64,000 nucleotides of DNA from Macrostomum hystrix (Eukaryota; Animalia; Platyhelminthes), in the NCBI GenBank assembly GCA_950097015.1, contig CATNEN010000011.1, positions 4,774,001 through 4,838,000 on the forward strand, in the 5' to 3' direction. The notes beneath the pieces are model-generated. The model ran no database searches. It worked only from the letters and a program-made list of their open reading frames with translations, and had not been told where the DNA came from. Position numbers and translations under genes: made by a program. This document shows positions 13,473 through 26,187 of the stretch, in pieces (the first letter of the stretch is position 1; each line of letters begins with the position of its first letter).

Positions 13473-16400
13473 TCAGTAGCCCAGCTTGGCGTTCAAAGCA
13501 GTAGAACCGTCTCCACTCTGGTCGCTGGGCGGCATCCACAGCGCGTAGCTTTCCGTATCTGTTGCGTCATAGCCGCCGATGACGTCATCGGCTGTCGAAT
13601 TCGGGGGAGCCTGATTTTTTCGGCGCTTCTTTGACGTCGGCGGCAGAGGAACTGGCGGCTTTGAAGGCTCGTCAACTTCGTCTAGCCAAGCCGGCCGTTG
13701 CTTCACGACTGTCGCCAAATTTGTCTTCTTTGCGGCTGCGCTAAATTGAATTGGCGCCAATTTTTTAACAACGTCCGGCTTTTCCTCATTAATAACGACG
13801 TCAGGATCAACTTTTTCCGGCTTTTCCTCGTTAATTACGACTTTATTACCGGCTTCTTCCGGCTTGACTTCAACAACTGTCCCAGCTTCGCTATCGGGTT
13901 TGTTGTCGACCGTGTCAGGCTTGTCAGTCGTGACTTCGTCGTCAACTTCTTCGCCTAGAAACTCTTGCATTTTCGGGGCCGCAGCAACGGTTGGAAATCG
14001 TTGATTCCGCTTATTATCGTCCATCTCTCTGCTGGCCAACCTAGCTTTAGTGGCCTGGCCGATCTTAGACAAATCGGTGGGCCTAGCCTTCTCCAGCATG
14101 CGATGAGCCAGCACCGCCTCCTTCTTGGCCGCCATCAGCCGCAGTCGCATCTGGGTGCGGCTGCTTTGATCTAGACCGCCGGCTCTGATGGTTCGCATGT
14201 ACTCTTCAAGCTCGTCAAGCTGACCCGAGGATCCCGACGACGCTTTTGCGGCCCGTTTAGCTTCATCGGCAGCTTTTAGGCGAGCCTCTAAATCGGCGAT
14301 CTCGGAGTCCAGCACTCGGCAGCGCTCGGACAGCTCGTCGAAGGTGACGGCAGAGTTGGCCGCCGCCGTTTTGCCTAGATCGACTGCGGCCGCGGCGGCA
14401 GCCATCCGGGCCCGACGCTTGGCCTCCAGCTGACCGGTCCGGTCCAGGAAGGCGTCTTCCTCGTCCTCGTAGAAGTCGTTCTCGGCTAGTCGGCGAAGTC
14501 TCCGCTCACGACTGCTGCCGGCAGCGCCGCCGCCAGCGTCGCTATCGAGCTCGCCCATGCGGTCCAGCAGGCGGCACGCGGCCAGAGCGCAGGCCTCCAC
14601 AGCGTCACGCCGTCGAGTGCCGGGTGGCATCGGCGCTTCTGCGGTCTCCGGTCGACCGTCGGGACCATCGACAGGCAGCTCAAGACGGCAGCAGAGCAGT
14701 TGTCGACTTCCCCGACGTCCTCTGCCAGAGCCGTCGTCTTCGAAATCGATGACACCGTCAGCGGCTGTGGGGGCTTCGAATTTGAAGACGGGTGGCTCGA
14801 GGCCCTGGCGATCGTACCAGCTGCGCAGGAACTTCAAGGGATCTGCGGTGTAGGTCTCCGAGTGCGCCGTGGCCTCAGCTGGGTTGAAACTGCGGGACGA
14901 TGGATGTGCGAGGGAGCATTATGTTTGGGAAACTCATTTGTTTCGGGAAAATGGGAGCATAGATTAAGGATCTGGTGGAAATCGGAATATATACTGAACA
15001 TCTAGCAGAATTGGAAACGGAAATTGAGGATCTGGAAGAAGTGGGAACTGAAATCGAGGATCCGGAAGAAGTGGGAACTGAAATCGAGGATCTGGAAGAA
15101 GTGGGAACAGAAATTGAGGATCTTGAAAAAGTGGGAACAGAAATTAAGGATCTGGAAGAAGTGGGAACAGAAATCGAGGATCTGGAAGAAGTGGGAACAG
15201 TAATTGAGGATCTTGAAAAAGTGGGAACAGAAATTAAGGATCTGGAAGAAGTGGGAACAGAAATCGAGGATCTGGAAGAAGTGGGAACAGAAATTGAGGA
15301 TCTTGAAGAAGTGGGAACAGAAATTGAGGATCTGGAAGAAGTGGGAACAGAAATTGAGGATCTTGAAGAAGTGGGAACAGAAATTGATGATCTGGAAGAA
15401 GTGGGAACAGAAATTGATGATCTGGAAGAAGTGGGAACAGAAATTGAGGATCTGGAAGAAGTGGGAACAGAAATTGATGATCTGGAAGAAGTGGGAACAG
15501 AAATTGAGGATCTGGAGGAAGTGGGAACAGAAATTAAGGATCTGGAGGAGAAAAATGACATAAAGAATGTCGACTAAAGACTATAATCCGAGTTCTTAGG
15601 CAGTTCAGCTCATGAAAATGATAAATGAAGAGAAGCCTTTGAAGTAGAAGTGAAATAACGGTAAAACATAACGTCTCGACCTACCTGTCACCAACTCCGC
15701 TAAACGAAGGCAACATTTTGTCTTCGGATTGGTCGGTTTCCTCTTCTTCTTCTACAGCGTCTTCGGCGAAGCCCCAGTTGCAGCCGCCGCCCCCGCCGCC
15801 GGCACTGCCACCACTGCCGACATCATCAGCTGATTGTGCAGCGGCACCTAGCTTCAGCTGCGCTTCCAATCGGCGTCTATGATTATAAATGAAGGAACAA
15901 TTTCTTAATAAGAGAAATCCAAAATCGTGGATCGGATTCCCTGTACCCGAACGGAGCAACGCAATCAGACGAAACTCAAGAACACGGGCCAATTATTTGT
16001 TGCGCATCATCGGGATATTCAATGTTTCTAGCCGACGATCAGATTTTTCCCATAAGCGCTAGTGTATTTCATGCACCCCTATACACAAATTAGCACTGCG
16101 CCTCAGTGCGGCCTTGCAAGGCCTTCAAAACTTAGCAGCATGTCACCCAAATGTGCCTGCATCATCTCCGTCTTCGTTGGTCACCTTGACGTACACTAGG
16201 TTGTAACTTCAAATGCTACAACAGGTGAAACTAGGTCACTATGGACACCCGGACGCAAATTTCTCCAATTTCACTGATAAAGCAAAAGTATCAGGCGCAG
16301 CTCAACCACAGGACACCCTCGCCTAGTCTGTCAATCAATCAATCAACCCAACGCTGTTAGCATTCGGGCACTGCCAAAAATATTTCTGGGGATAAAACCG

Positions 16401-18316
16401 GGTGGCAAAATATGGGCAAAATAGCTAGGTAGTCCTACTGTGAACTGAGGCACAAACATACACCCACACACCTGTCTCTCCGCTCCTTCAGCTGAGTATA
16501 GGTGAGCTCAGACTCAGCCTCGCGGTCGCTCTCGGGTCCCTGCAGCACCAGCAGTCTGCTGCTGCCTGCCAGTCTGATCACGTGACCAACCCGGAGCCGG
16601 CGATACTGTTGCGGCTGCAGTCGCACTTTGTTAATGAGAGTGCCGTGGGTGCTGCCCAGGTCGATCAGGTACCAGCCAGGTGGGTAGCGCGTGTCGCTCT
16701 CTGATTGGTCGCTCCGGCAGCCGCTGAATTGCAGCACGGCGTGGTGCCTGCGAGGTGAAATCGATTTAGCGGTAGGCAACTATCGGGATAAATGGAGCCT
16801 GCAGAACTGCGATTAAATATTCATCTCACAGAGAGGGGGAGAGAGAGAGACCGGGAGTTCGAATCTCAGCGATAGGAAATAATTAATTTCCTAGTTCTTC
16901 GTGTAAATCTGGCCTAAATAAAATAGGTCTCATTTTTATCGTCGAATGTGTTATTTTAAATCTCTAAACTAGGATATTCGAACGATTCAACATTCTTTAT
17001 CCCACTCTTCCCAAACAGTTTCTTAACCGTTTATCTTAACCTTACAAACTTGTTCACCTCATTCTTTACAACCCGTTTATCCCACCCTTGACAACCCGGT
17101 TATCTAATCATTGACAACCCGGTTATCTAATCATTGGCAACCCGGTTATCTAATCATTGACAACCCGGTTATCTAATCATTGACAACCCGGTTATCTAAT
17201 CATTGACAACCCGGTTATCTAATCATTGACAACCCGGTTATCTAATCATTGACAACCCGGTTATCTAATCATTGACAACCCGGTTATCTAATCATTGACA
17301 ACCCGGTTATCTAATCATTGACAACCCGGTTATCTAATCATTGGCAACCCGGTTATCTAATCATTGACAAGCCGGTTATCTAATCATTGACAACCCGGTT
17401 ATCTAATCATTGACAAGCCGGTTATCTAATCATTGACAACCCGGTTATCTAATCATTGACAACCCGGTTATCTAATCATTGACAACCCGGTTATCTAATC
17501 ATTGACAAGCCGGTTATCAAATCATTGACAAGCCGGTTATCTAATCATTGACAAGCCGGTTATCTAATCATTGACAACCCGGTTATCTAATCATTGACAA
17601 CCCGGTTATCTAATCATTGACAACCCGGTTATCTAATCATTGACAACCCGGTTATCTAATCATTGACAACCCGGTTATCTAATCATTGACAACCCGGTTA
17701 TCTAATCATTGACAACCCGGTTATCTAATCATTGACAACCCGGTTATCTAATCATTGACAACCCGGTTATCTCACCTTTCAGAACACATTATTTTTCTCA
17801 CCCTTCCTTTCTACAATCTCGCGTCCACAAAAGCAGTGGCAACACACAGTCTCACCTGGACAGTGACGGGTGCTCCAGTCTCAGGTGGCAATCATTCTGC
17901 CGGCCAATCAGCAGCCAGGACCTATTGAGCAAATCAACAGTCTGAACTTCAACGCCAGATTTTAACACTTGAATTGAGTAGGCTTTGGGGCAGGGGGCAC
18001 CCCAAGGCGGTTGAATGTAGGACGAAGAATCCGCTTCGGACGATTGAGTCTGCGACTCGTTTAATTCAGGAGTTTTTGAGCACTGCTCAGATGATTCATC
18101 GGCCGATTCGATTGCAACGATGGGATTCGGGCTGTCAGATTTTGACACAGATTGGGAGGATGGCTTCGGTCGCTTTTTAGCTAGCAATTGTCCAACGGCA
18201 GCTTTAGGCATTTTGAATACCACCGGAGCTCTCGCCTCTTGCTGCTCGGTAGGTCCAGGGTTCGAGTCCGGCGAGGCATCCTTAACAATAGGCGGGTTCT
18301 CCGGTGGCGAAGACAT
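13473..18316 (-). CDS. SLC4A1AP: Kanadaptin (SLC4A1AP), about 775 aa. Exons 18316-17856, 16747-16472, 15876-15692, 14878-13473.
   Basis: FHA domain (IGRQNDCHLRLEHPSLSRHHAVLQF...DLGSTHGTLINK), CNWGFAEDA, a dsRBD-like region, DFYEDEEDAFLDRTG, and C-terminal WMPPSDQSGDGSTALNAKLGY, all matching kanadaptin. Exon lengths sum to 2328 nt. Confidence 0.92.
15015..15550. repeat. 30-bp minisatellite GAGGATCTGGAAGAAGTGGGAACAGAAATT in kanadaptin intron 3
   Basis: About 18 units; it generates the spurious EVGTEIEDLE ORFs. Confidence 0.96.
17088..17772. repeat. 23-bp minisatellite TTGACAACCCGGTTATCTAATCA in kanadaptin intron 1
   Basis: About 30 near-perfect units. Confidence 0.97.
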
Positions 18317-18409
18317 GCTTTACGATTGGTGCGTACTTCGAGCTTGTTTGGCTGAAATCGGTTGACGGAGGAGGTCGAGCTAATTGATTGGTTCGTAAGA
18401 AATGTGCAT

Positions 18410-19075
18410 GTGTAAGTGGGTTATGGGATTGTGTACACTTGGGGTAGTTGGGTTAGGGGATTGTGAACACTTGGGGTGAATTAGAAGATTTTGTACACTG
18501 GGGTGAGTTAGCGGATTGTGTACACTGGGGAAGTGGGTTCGGGGATTGTGTACACTGGGGTAAGTGGGTTTGGGGATTGTGTACACTGGGGTAAGTGTGT
18601 TAGGGGGTTGTGTACACTGGGGTAAGTGGGTTTGGGGATTGTGTACACTGGGGTAAGTGGGTTAGGGGGTTGTGTACACTGGGGTAAGTGGGTTTGGGGA
18701 TTGTGTACACTGGGGTAAGTGTGTTAGGGGGTTGTGTACACTGGGGGTAAGTGGGTTCGGGGATTGTGTACACTGGGGTAAGTGGGTTTGGGGATTGTGT
18801 ACACTGGGGTAAGTGGGTTAGGGGGTTGTGTACACTGGGGTAAGTGTGTTAGGGGGTTGTGTACACTGGGGTAAGTGGGTTTGGGGATTGTGTACACTGG
18901 GGTAAGTGGGTTAGGGGGTTGTGTACACTGGGGTAAGTGGGTTTGGGGATTGTGTACACTGGGGTAGTTGGGTTAGGGGATTGTGTACACTGGGGTAAGT
19001 GGGTTAGGGGATTGTGTACACTGGGGTAGTTGGGTTAGGGGATTTTGTACACTGGGGTAAGTGGGTTAGAGGATT
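18410..19075. repeat. About 31-bp G-rich minisatellite GGGGTAAGTGGGTTAGGGGATTGTGTACACT upstream of kanadaptin
   Basis: About 20 variant units; contains TTAGGG and the palindrome GTGTACAC. Confidence 0.95.
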
Positions 19076-19424
19076 GGTGGATTGAGGCTGTTTGTGTTGT
19101 GTTTATGCAGTGTGTTAGGCAGCTTAAGCTCTTATACCTCATTGTTAAATAACTAAACCAGGCACTCACAAACGAGTTTTTTTAATGTAAACTTGGATAC
19201 ACATAGTATTTTTGTATTTTAATAATGCCAGCATGTACATTTTTAGATGTAAAAATGACCCTCATACAAATTCCAGATCACAGATTTGTGACTGGTCGGC
19301 AAAAGATAACATCTAAAAAGTTTATTAATGTTAAATAAGAAGTCGAATGACTACTCAAAACGACTTATGAATATCTGGCTGATTGAGATACGATCTAAGA
19401 TACTCGCTGAATGCTCGAAATGAT

Positions 19425-19812
19425 GATCTGGGAGATTCGCTGACTGCTCAACATGAGGATCTGGTAGATTCGCTGATTGCTCAACATGAAGATCTGGGAG
19501 ATTCGCTGACTGCTCAAAACGAGGATCTGGGAGATTCACTGACTGCTCAAAACGAGGATCTGGGAGATTCGCTGACTGCTCAACATGAGGATCTGGGAGA
19601 TTCACTGACTGCTCAACATGCGGATCTGGTAGATTCACTGACTGCTCAAAACGAGGATCTGGGAGATTCACTGACTGCTCAAAACGAGGATCTGGGAGAT
19701 TCGCTGACTGCTCAACATGAGGATCTGGGAGATTCACTGACTGCTCAAAACGAGGATCTGGGAGATTCACTGACTGCTCAAAACGAGGATCTGGGAGATT
19801 CGCTGACTGCTT
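19425..19812. repeat. 33-bp minisatellite GAGGATCTGGGAGATTCACTGACTGCTCAAAAC downstream of TKFC
   Basis: About 12 units. Confidence 0.95.
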
Positions 19813-19948
19813 AAAATTATGATCTGGAAGTTTAGCTAATCGCTGAACAAAAGATTCAATGGCTGGTGACATTAATATGAAGATACTTCTTACTTATGCT
19901 TTCATTTTCTCAGTCACAGAAGAAAACGCCAAGTGGGTCAGTCAGTTT

Positions 19949-22108
19949 TCAAGTGGTCGTGAGCTTGAAGTCTTTATCATCCACTGGCACGCCGACAGCC
20001 TGACAAATCGCTCGGAGAATCAGCAGAGCAGCCCAAGCGCCTGGATCCGGTTGATTCGCGCCAGCTGCGGCGGCAATTTCAACTGCTACGTAGGCTGCTC
20101 TGCCAGCCCTAGGAGTCATGCTAGCGGTAGCCATAGCACCCCGTCTTGCCAGACTCAAGGCCTCGGACAAATTCACCCAATATTGGTCTCCATCTTGTTC
20201 GCCAACATTTTTAAATGCGTCCAGAAACCCATAGACAGTGTCCAACATTGTGCGATCTCCGCGCATTGCTCTTCCTGCTTCAACGATAGCGTCTAGAGCA
20301 GCTGACAGAGCCAAGATCCAGTGCCTAGCAATTGGTGGCTGTTGAATGCTAGCAGCAGCTGCAGCTAGGCCAATGCCGAACAGAGCACCCGAGCTGCCGC
20401 CCATATCACTCTGGGCTAAATCTGATAGGCGACTCAAAAGATAGCGAGGACCTAATTTAGCTACTGCTTTGCTATGCAGCAGTTGTTGCATAGCAACAGC
20501 ACCTCGAAACATAGTATCGCCACAGTCGCCGTCGCCGAGACCGCCAGCGGAATCAAGGCGATTCAGCAAAATTCTGGCGTTAATTAAGCTTTCGGCAATG
20601 GCAGCTAGAGAGGCCATAGCTAGACTGCCAGATTCTGGCGAGGGCCATGGGATACTATCCGAGTGGGTGTGTGTGTCGGCAGATGGCAGAGGCGACAACT
20701 CCAGCTCGGCTAGAGACTGAGCACCGGCCTGGGAGGCTGCTGGCCACCTGTAGTTGAGAGATTCAAGGACACTATAAGTCATGCTTTAAAAACACTAATG
20801 AGCCCAATGTGTCATAAACTCGATTGATCAGAGCTTAAGCTATCCTACATCCGATTCTTCAGGGCTTCAGCTTTCCTACACTCGATTCTTCAGGGCTTCC
20901 GTTGCCTTTACACCCGATTCTTCAGGCTTCAGCTATCCTACACCCGATTCTTCAGGGCTTCAGCTGTTCTACATCCGATTTGTCAGGTCTTGCGCTTTTA
21001 CAAGTGTAATATCTTTATCCAAGCCTTCAGGACTTAATTTACATTGTTCTAAATGAGATTCTCTCATTTAATCCAACTGGATTTTGTCTCACCTATGCGC
21101 TGGGGCATCTAACATAGGCAGCAGCCAATGATTGTCGTCGACTTCTTGACTGCCAAGTAGCAACAAACTGACTGAGAAACCCGGAGCTGACAATGACGTC
21201 ATTAGGTTGCCAATGTACATACGACGCACAATAGCCGGCGTAGCAAAAGAAGATCGCAAAGAATATTCAGCTTCTGCAGCAACTCCGGATAATTCCAAAG
21301 CAGATAGGCCACCTAGACCATTCACTAGCACAGCCCAGGAGGTCCCACCCGTTATTGCTTCCATAGACAATCGCAGACGCTTATCAGCTAGCAATTTTTG
21401 AACAACCGTTCGAACAACCGACTTGGAATCGTCAAGTCGGCCGACACCGGCTTCGCCATGAATTCCCAGACCCAGCTCCCAGCAACCCGCTGGCAATCGG
21501 CAGGTTCCAACAGTGGCCAGACTGCATCGCAAATTTTCCAATCGATCGACAATGTCGTCTAAACTGTGGCCTGAGTCGGCTAGGGCGCAAGCAATCTTCA
21601 TCATCAGGAGGCTACCAGCGATGCCGCGCCTGCCAACAGCGGGCGCCGGCGATTCCACAGCCGCGTCGTCGTCGCAGACGAACAAACGACAGCGAAGGTC
21701 AAGAGTTCGAGCCCTAGCCAGAGCGAGACCGAAATTCAACCGATCTCCCGTGTAGTTCATGATGAGTAGGAGCACGCCAGCTGGGCAGGCCAGCTGACGA
21801 ATCGCTTCAAGAATGTCAGCCGGAGCGGGTGAAGCAAACACGTGACCAGAAACCGCGGCGTCCAGAAGTCCCGGACCAACGAAGCCAGAGTAGGCCGGCT
21901 CGTGACCGGCACCTCCGCCACTAATTACTCTAACAAGATTCGAGCCGCGACCCCGTCTGCGAATCAGAACTCCGCCGCCGCTGTTTCCACTATCTTCATC
22001 GCCTGGTCTACCAATCAATGCAAGGCCTGGATCAGCCAAGGCGACGCCTTCGAGGGCACGGCGGACACACCCGTCTGACGACTGGTAAAACAGATTTGCT
22101 GCTGAAGA
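19949..22108 (-). CDS. TKFC: Triokinase/FMN cyclase (dihydroxyacetone kinase, DAK1+DAK2). Exons 22108-21093 and 20747-19949; start codon not present in this span.
   Basis: VISGGGAGHEP, VSGHVFASP, MNYTGDRLNFGLA, GRRGIAG, ELGLGIHGEAG (substrate-binding His), GDGDCGDT, MGGSSGALFG, GDRTMLD, AGRAAY, DPGA. One phase-2 GT-AG intron. The frame is open from an AG acceptor at 22109 with an upstream in-frame TAA and no ATG. Confidence 0.93.
20840..20990. repeat. Degenerate ~31-bp repeat CGATTCTTCAGGGCTTCAGCTATCCTACACC in the TKFC intron
   Basis: About 5 diverged units. Confidence 0.85.
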
Positions 22109-25100
22109 CTGCAGTTAATTGAATGTTTTAAAGAGCGTAAACTTTTTAATTAGTCTTCTACATAGCAACTCAATAACATATATCGATGTAATGCTAAACT
22201 TTTACTGATGAAAATCAGTAAAGCACTGTCCAATATAAAGTCCAACACCTTAATTGACTGTAGTAACATTGATGACAAGAGCTAGATGTATTAGATAAAA
22301 CAAAATACCCTTGAACACCAGCAGGACTAACTATGATAACCAAATGCAATAAGTTCATTTACCTAACCCAACCACAGTTTTGAATATAGCTAGGCATTCT
22401 TAATGGCCTTAACTTGCATAAGACATCTCAGTTCAACAAAAGGAAGAAAGACAGTCCAATTTATTTAAAGGTAGCTGTTATTTGTCCAGTTAGCCGGATA
22501 AATAGCCATTTGATTATTTGTCCGGTTAACCGGTTAACCACCCAAGGACTTAATTTCTCCCCTTTCAACAAGCAGGAGCAACGATCCTCCCAAAGACCAC
22601 TCTTGCCCTGCTGAGAGCCATCTTGAGTCTTGACCTCACAAAGACCAAACTATACCCTTGAACTAAGTTAGTCCCTGAAACAACCGAATTTTGGAAAAGG
22701 TTTTAATTTTTTTAATTAGCTGATAAGCGAAAATAATTAGAGACAAACTTCAAATCTGAATGACTGTCCTTTTGCAGTTTGTTAATTATTTTATCTTACA
22801 AATGATAGAGGTTCTCGTGGTAGCGCTACAACCCCTTATAACTTAACTCGGTTAACTGGACGAATAATCAAATGGCTACTTGTCCGGTTAACCGGACAAA
22901 TAACAACTGCCTTTATTTAATACTAGTCTGTATTAATATGAATTATTTCATATTATTTTTCTTACCAATAGCTAGCAGCCAGTAAGTAAACCAAAAATAT
23001 AGTTATACTATTAGAAAGGGACATTGTGATACATTGAAGTAATAATTAATCAATAATGATCAACAATGATTCATGAAAACTAAAAACTATGTACTGATTA
23101 AAAGCATGGTATAGTTTAGCCATGCATTTTTTAAGTTGACACAATGGTTAACATATTCTGTTGCATCAGATTATTGATCTACAATTTAAGACATTTTTCT
23201 ACCTCTGACAGTTTATACACTTTACTACGGATTACTGTTTTAATTCCTAGTCAAATTTAAGTTTTAATGAAAAAAAATGCAGAAAGATATGGGGGCCTTA
23301 AGTGATATTATTAGCTGCATATTGATATATCACTTTTTATATGGGTATAGAATTTAGAGTTTGTAAAAAGCAAAGCATTAGAGTCTAAAATAAAGAAATG
23401 GATATTTGTTTTAGCCCAAAATTGTGAGAGTAGTTGTAGGAAATAAACATTTATTAAAAATAGTTTGATTTAACTAAAAGTATAAAATTTGTAAAAATAG
23501 TTATAGGATAACTTTTAGTTTAATAGCACATAATTGTTAGTCTAGTTTAGTCTAGTCTAGTTTTATTTTAGGCCAAAGAGATTGCAATTGCTACAAACAC
23601 AATGCCATGTCATTCAAAAGCTTATATGCATTTAAGCATTTACTTGTAGTAGTTAAATGTTATTATATTTTAATAAATAATTACATATTCATACTTTAAA
23701 AATTGTGCATTTTGAGAATTGCCAAAGTTTCACAAAAGTTGACAAGAGGGTAGGCCTAGGCATAGTAGGGCCTAGCTATTTACTATTTTATAATCTAAGT
23801 TCTATGTTCTAGGACAGGAGGTATCAATATATAAAAACACGAAAAAATGAGTCATACCAATATTCAGACAGTATTAAGTGTAAATATAAATTAAATTAGG
23901 GCCTAAGATAAAAAATTTTATTTTATGTAAATGTAATACAAAAAATAGCAATGAGAATAGTAGTAGTAAATTTTATAGTTAGGCCCCTATTGTAGCTAGG
24001 CCTAGTAAGCTAGCCCATCATGACAAGAAAGTATGATTTCTATTAACTAGCTTAAGAAACTTAGTTTAAGAACATAGAACTTTGTGCTTAGTCTTCAGAC
24101 TCAGACAGCCTAGTCCTAGTCCTATTGTAGCTGCTACAAAAATAGCTACTCTGACTAGGGCCAAAAATAGAAGTATTCATACCTATTTGGACATGATATT
24201 CATAACAATATTAACAATTATAGCTAACATGGGGATTTCTGAATAGACTATAGATTCTATAGACTGTATAGATAGACTAGGCCTAGGCCTATAGCATGGC
24301 GATGGCCTAGGCCTAGTGTAATTTATTTAGAATAGAAAAATCAATATGTCCGATAAGGTCCGTAGCAATTAATAAGCAACAGTAAACTATTCACAAAGAC
24401 ATTAAAATGTAATGTAGTATGTACTGTACTATACACACACCAACACACACACAAAATGTTTGATTAGAGTTAATTGTCATGCTTTAAGCAACTTTTTACA
24501 TAAACGCTTGAAACGTCAACTTTTGCACCAATAATTAGCAATCCCTGCAAATAAAATAATTACTACGTCAGAATCTTTGTGGCTTTCTGTTTTATATATC
24601 GCGTATTAATGTTGCAATTTTAAAACATTTGTTATAACACTAACTGTTAAAAAGAGCGATAATATGAGCTTTAAGTTTCTGTGAACATAAATTGTGCAGA
24701 TTTCGCGGATAGTACTGAATATTTTGCATCGCTGGCACATATAAGTAATTGAACAAAGCCTTGAATCCCAATAGTAGGCTTTTAAATTAGGGTTAGGCCC
24801 TAGGCCTAACATAGCCTGCTAAATGCTCTAGCAGTTGCTAAGAGCTTGGCCAGTCTAGTTAAACAATTTATAAGTATGCGGCCATTACTTAATAGCTATG
24901 CCAGTTAAAGCTAAAGACTAGAAAGTTGATGAGCTTACCTGTTACTATACCTTGGACCCCAGTATCCTATAGATTTAAACTAAGTAGCTTTTTAGTTGTC
25001 CTCTGAGATTTGTTAAAATAATATTTTTGTCTAAAATATTTAATGCATTAAAAATGAAATATTTAATATATTGTTATAATTTCAATAATGATTATTTATT

Positions 25101-25260
25101 AGCAAGACGCTTAACTTTATGTTTCTTCAGTTCACACATTAGCGACATTTTACCGTGCGGTAACAGGTAAGAATGGATAACTTCACCGCAGGGTAATGTG
25201 TTTGACATTACTATGTGGCAAAGTTAAAGGTTTTTACTGTGCAGTAAAATGTCGCTAACA

Positions 25261-25345
25261 TTCAGTTCACCCAGCTGTTAAATAGGTTCCAGCATTAGCT
25301 AGGGTAATTGAAGGTGGGTGTGGCATCTCCCCAGTCCATGGACAA
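25261..25345 (+). mobile_element. CORE-SINE-like fragment (family 1)
   Basis: TTCAGTTCACCCAGCTGTTAAATAGG...CCCAGTCCATGGAC aligns with the minus-strand copy at 63240-63330 and with the core at 12370-12400. Confidence 0.6.
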
Positions 25346-25654
25346 AGACCAACCGTATAAAGCCTTGAGATGCACTGTGCAATAGCTGTGCTGCTGTTGC
25401 TGTGTTGTTGGCAGCATATCTGACCTAATTTGAGACGTGTTTCCAATTTTTGTTATTTAAATAATAATGAATTAAGGAATAAAATTCCTATTCATCTAGC
25501 CAAACTAAAAAAGATTGCTTGTTCACAAAGTCTTCATAGATAAGCTTAATAACACTATCAATAGCTAATTATAAGAGGCCAAGAGGGCTGTAGGAAGTTT
25601 AATTGCAATAGACCTGGAGCCAAAGAGGAGGCAGTTTTTTCGATTTTGGTGACT

Positions 25655-25885
25655 CCCTAGCATGCATGCACATAGATACCATATGGAGGCATAGGCTCAC
25701 ATAAACATGTACATCTGTCTTGACTTTCTCATTGTTAGGCAGTAGGTATATACTTTCACTGTGCCTTTGAGGTTGACCCTATGGGACATAAATTACTCAA
25801 GCCCCAAGGCTGCACCACAAGGTAATGCGGCCTTGCTGCAGAATTGAGCTTGTAGACCTTGGTACAAGAGGCAAGCACATAAGTC
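25655..25885 (-). mobile_element. Decayed copy of tRNA-derived SINE family 2
   Basis: The reverse complement contains AGGGTCAAC..AAGGCACAGTGAAAG, ACTGCCT..ATGAGAAAGTCA and GTGAGCCTATGCCTCC, all shared with 53123-53320. Confidence 0.7.
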
Positions 25886-26187
25886 ATGAATAAGCATAAT
25901 ATAAGTATACTAATAAATATATATCATACTGGCTTTATATTGTTTTGACTTTAATGTTATCTCATATTTTTAATCCAAAGCATGATGTCAGTATTTTTAG
26001 AAGATTTAGTTAACTTGTTGTAACATCTTTTATTAGCTTGTACTTTTAATTATTAATAATAATAATTTGCTAAATTTACAGCAAATATAATCAATCAAGT
26101 TACTTTTTATAATTAAGTGCAGCCTCATTCCAAAACACTAATTAAACAACTCATTGTGGTGACTGTTAAAATTGTGTAACAAAAGAC

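Noticed and set aside
15960-16030. Possible intronic C/D snoRNA on the minus strand (ATGATG...CTGA)
   Set aside because: The C box is imperfect, there is no terminal stem, and no recognisable rRNA or snRNA antisense element.
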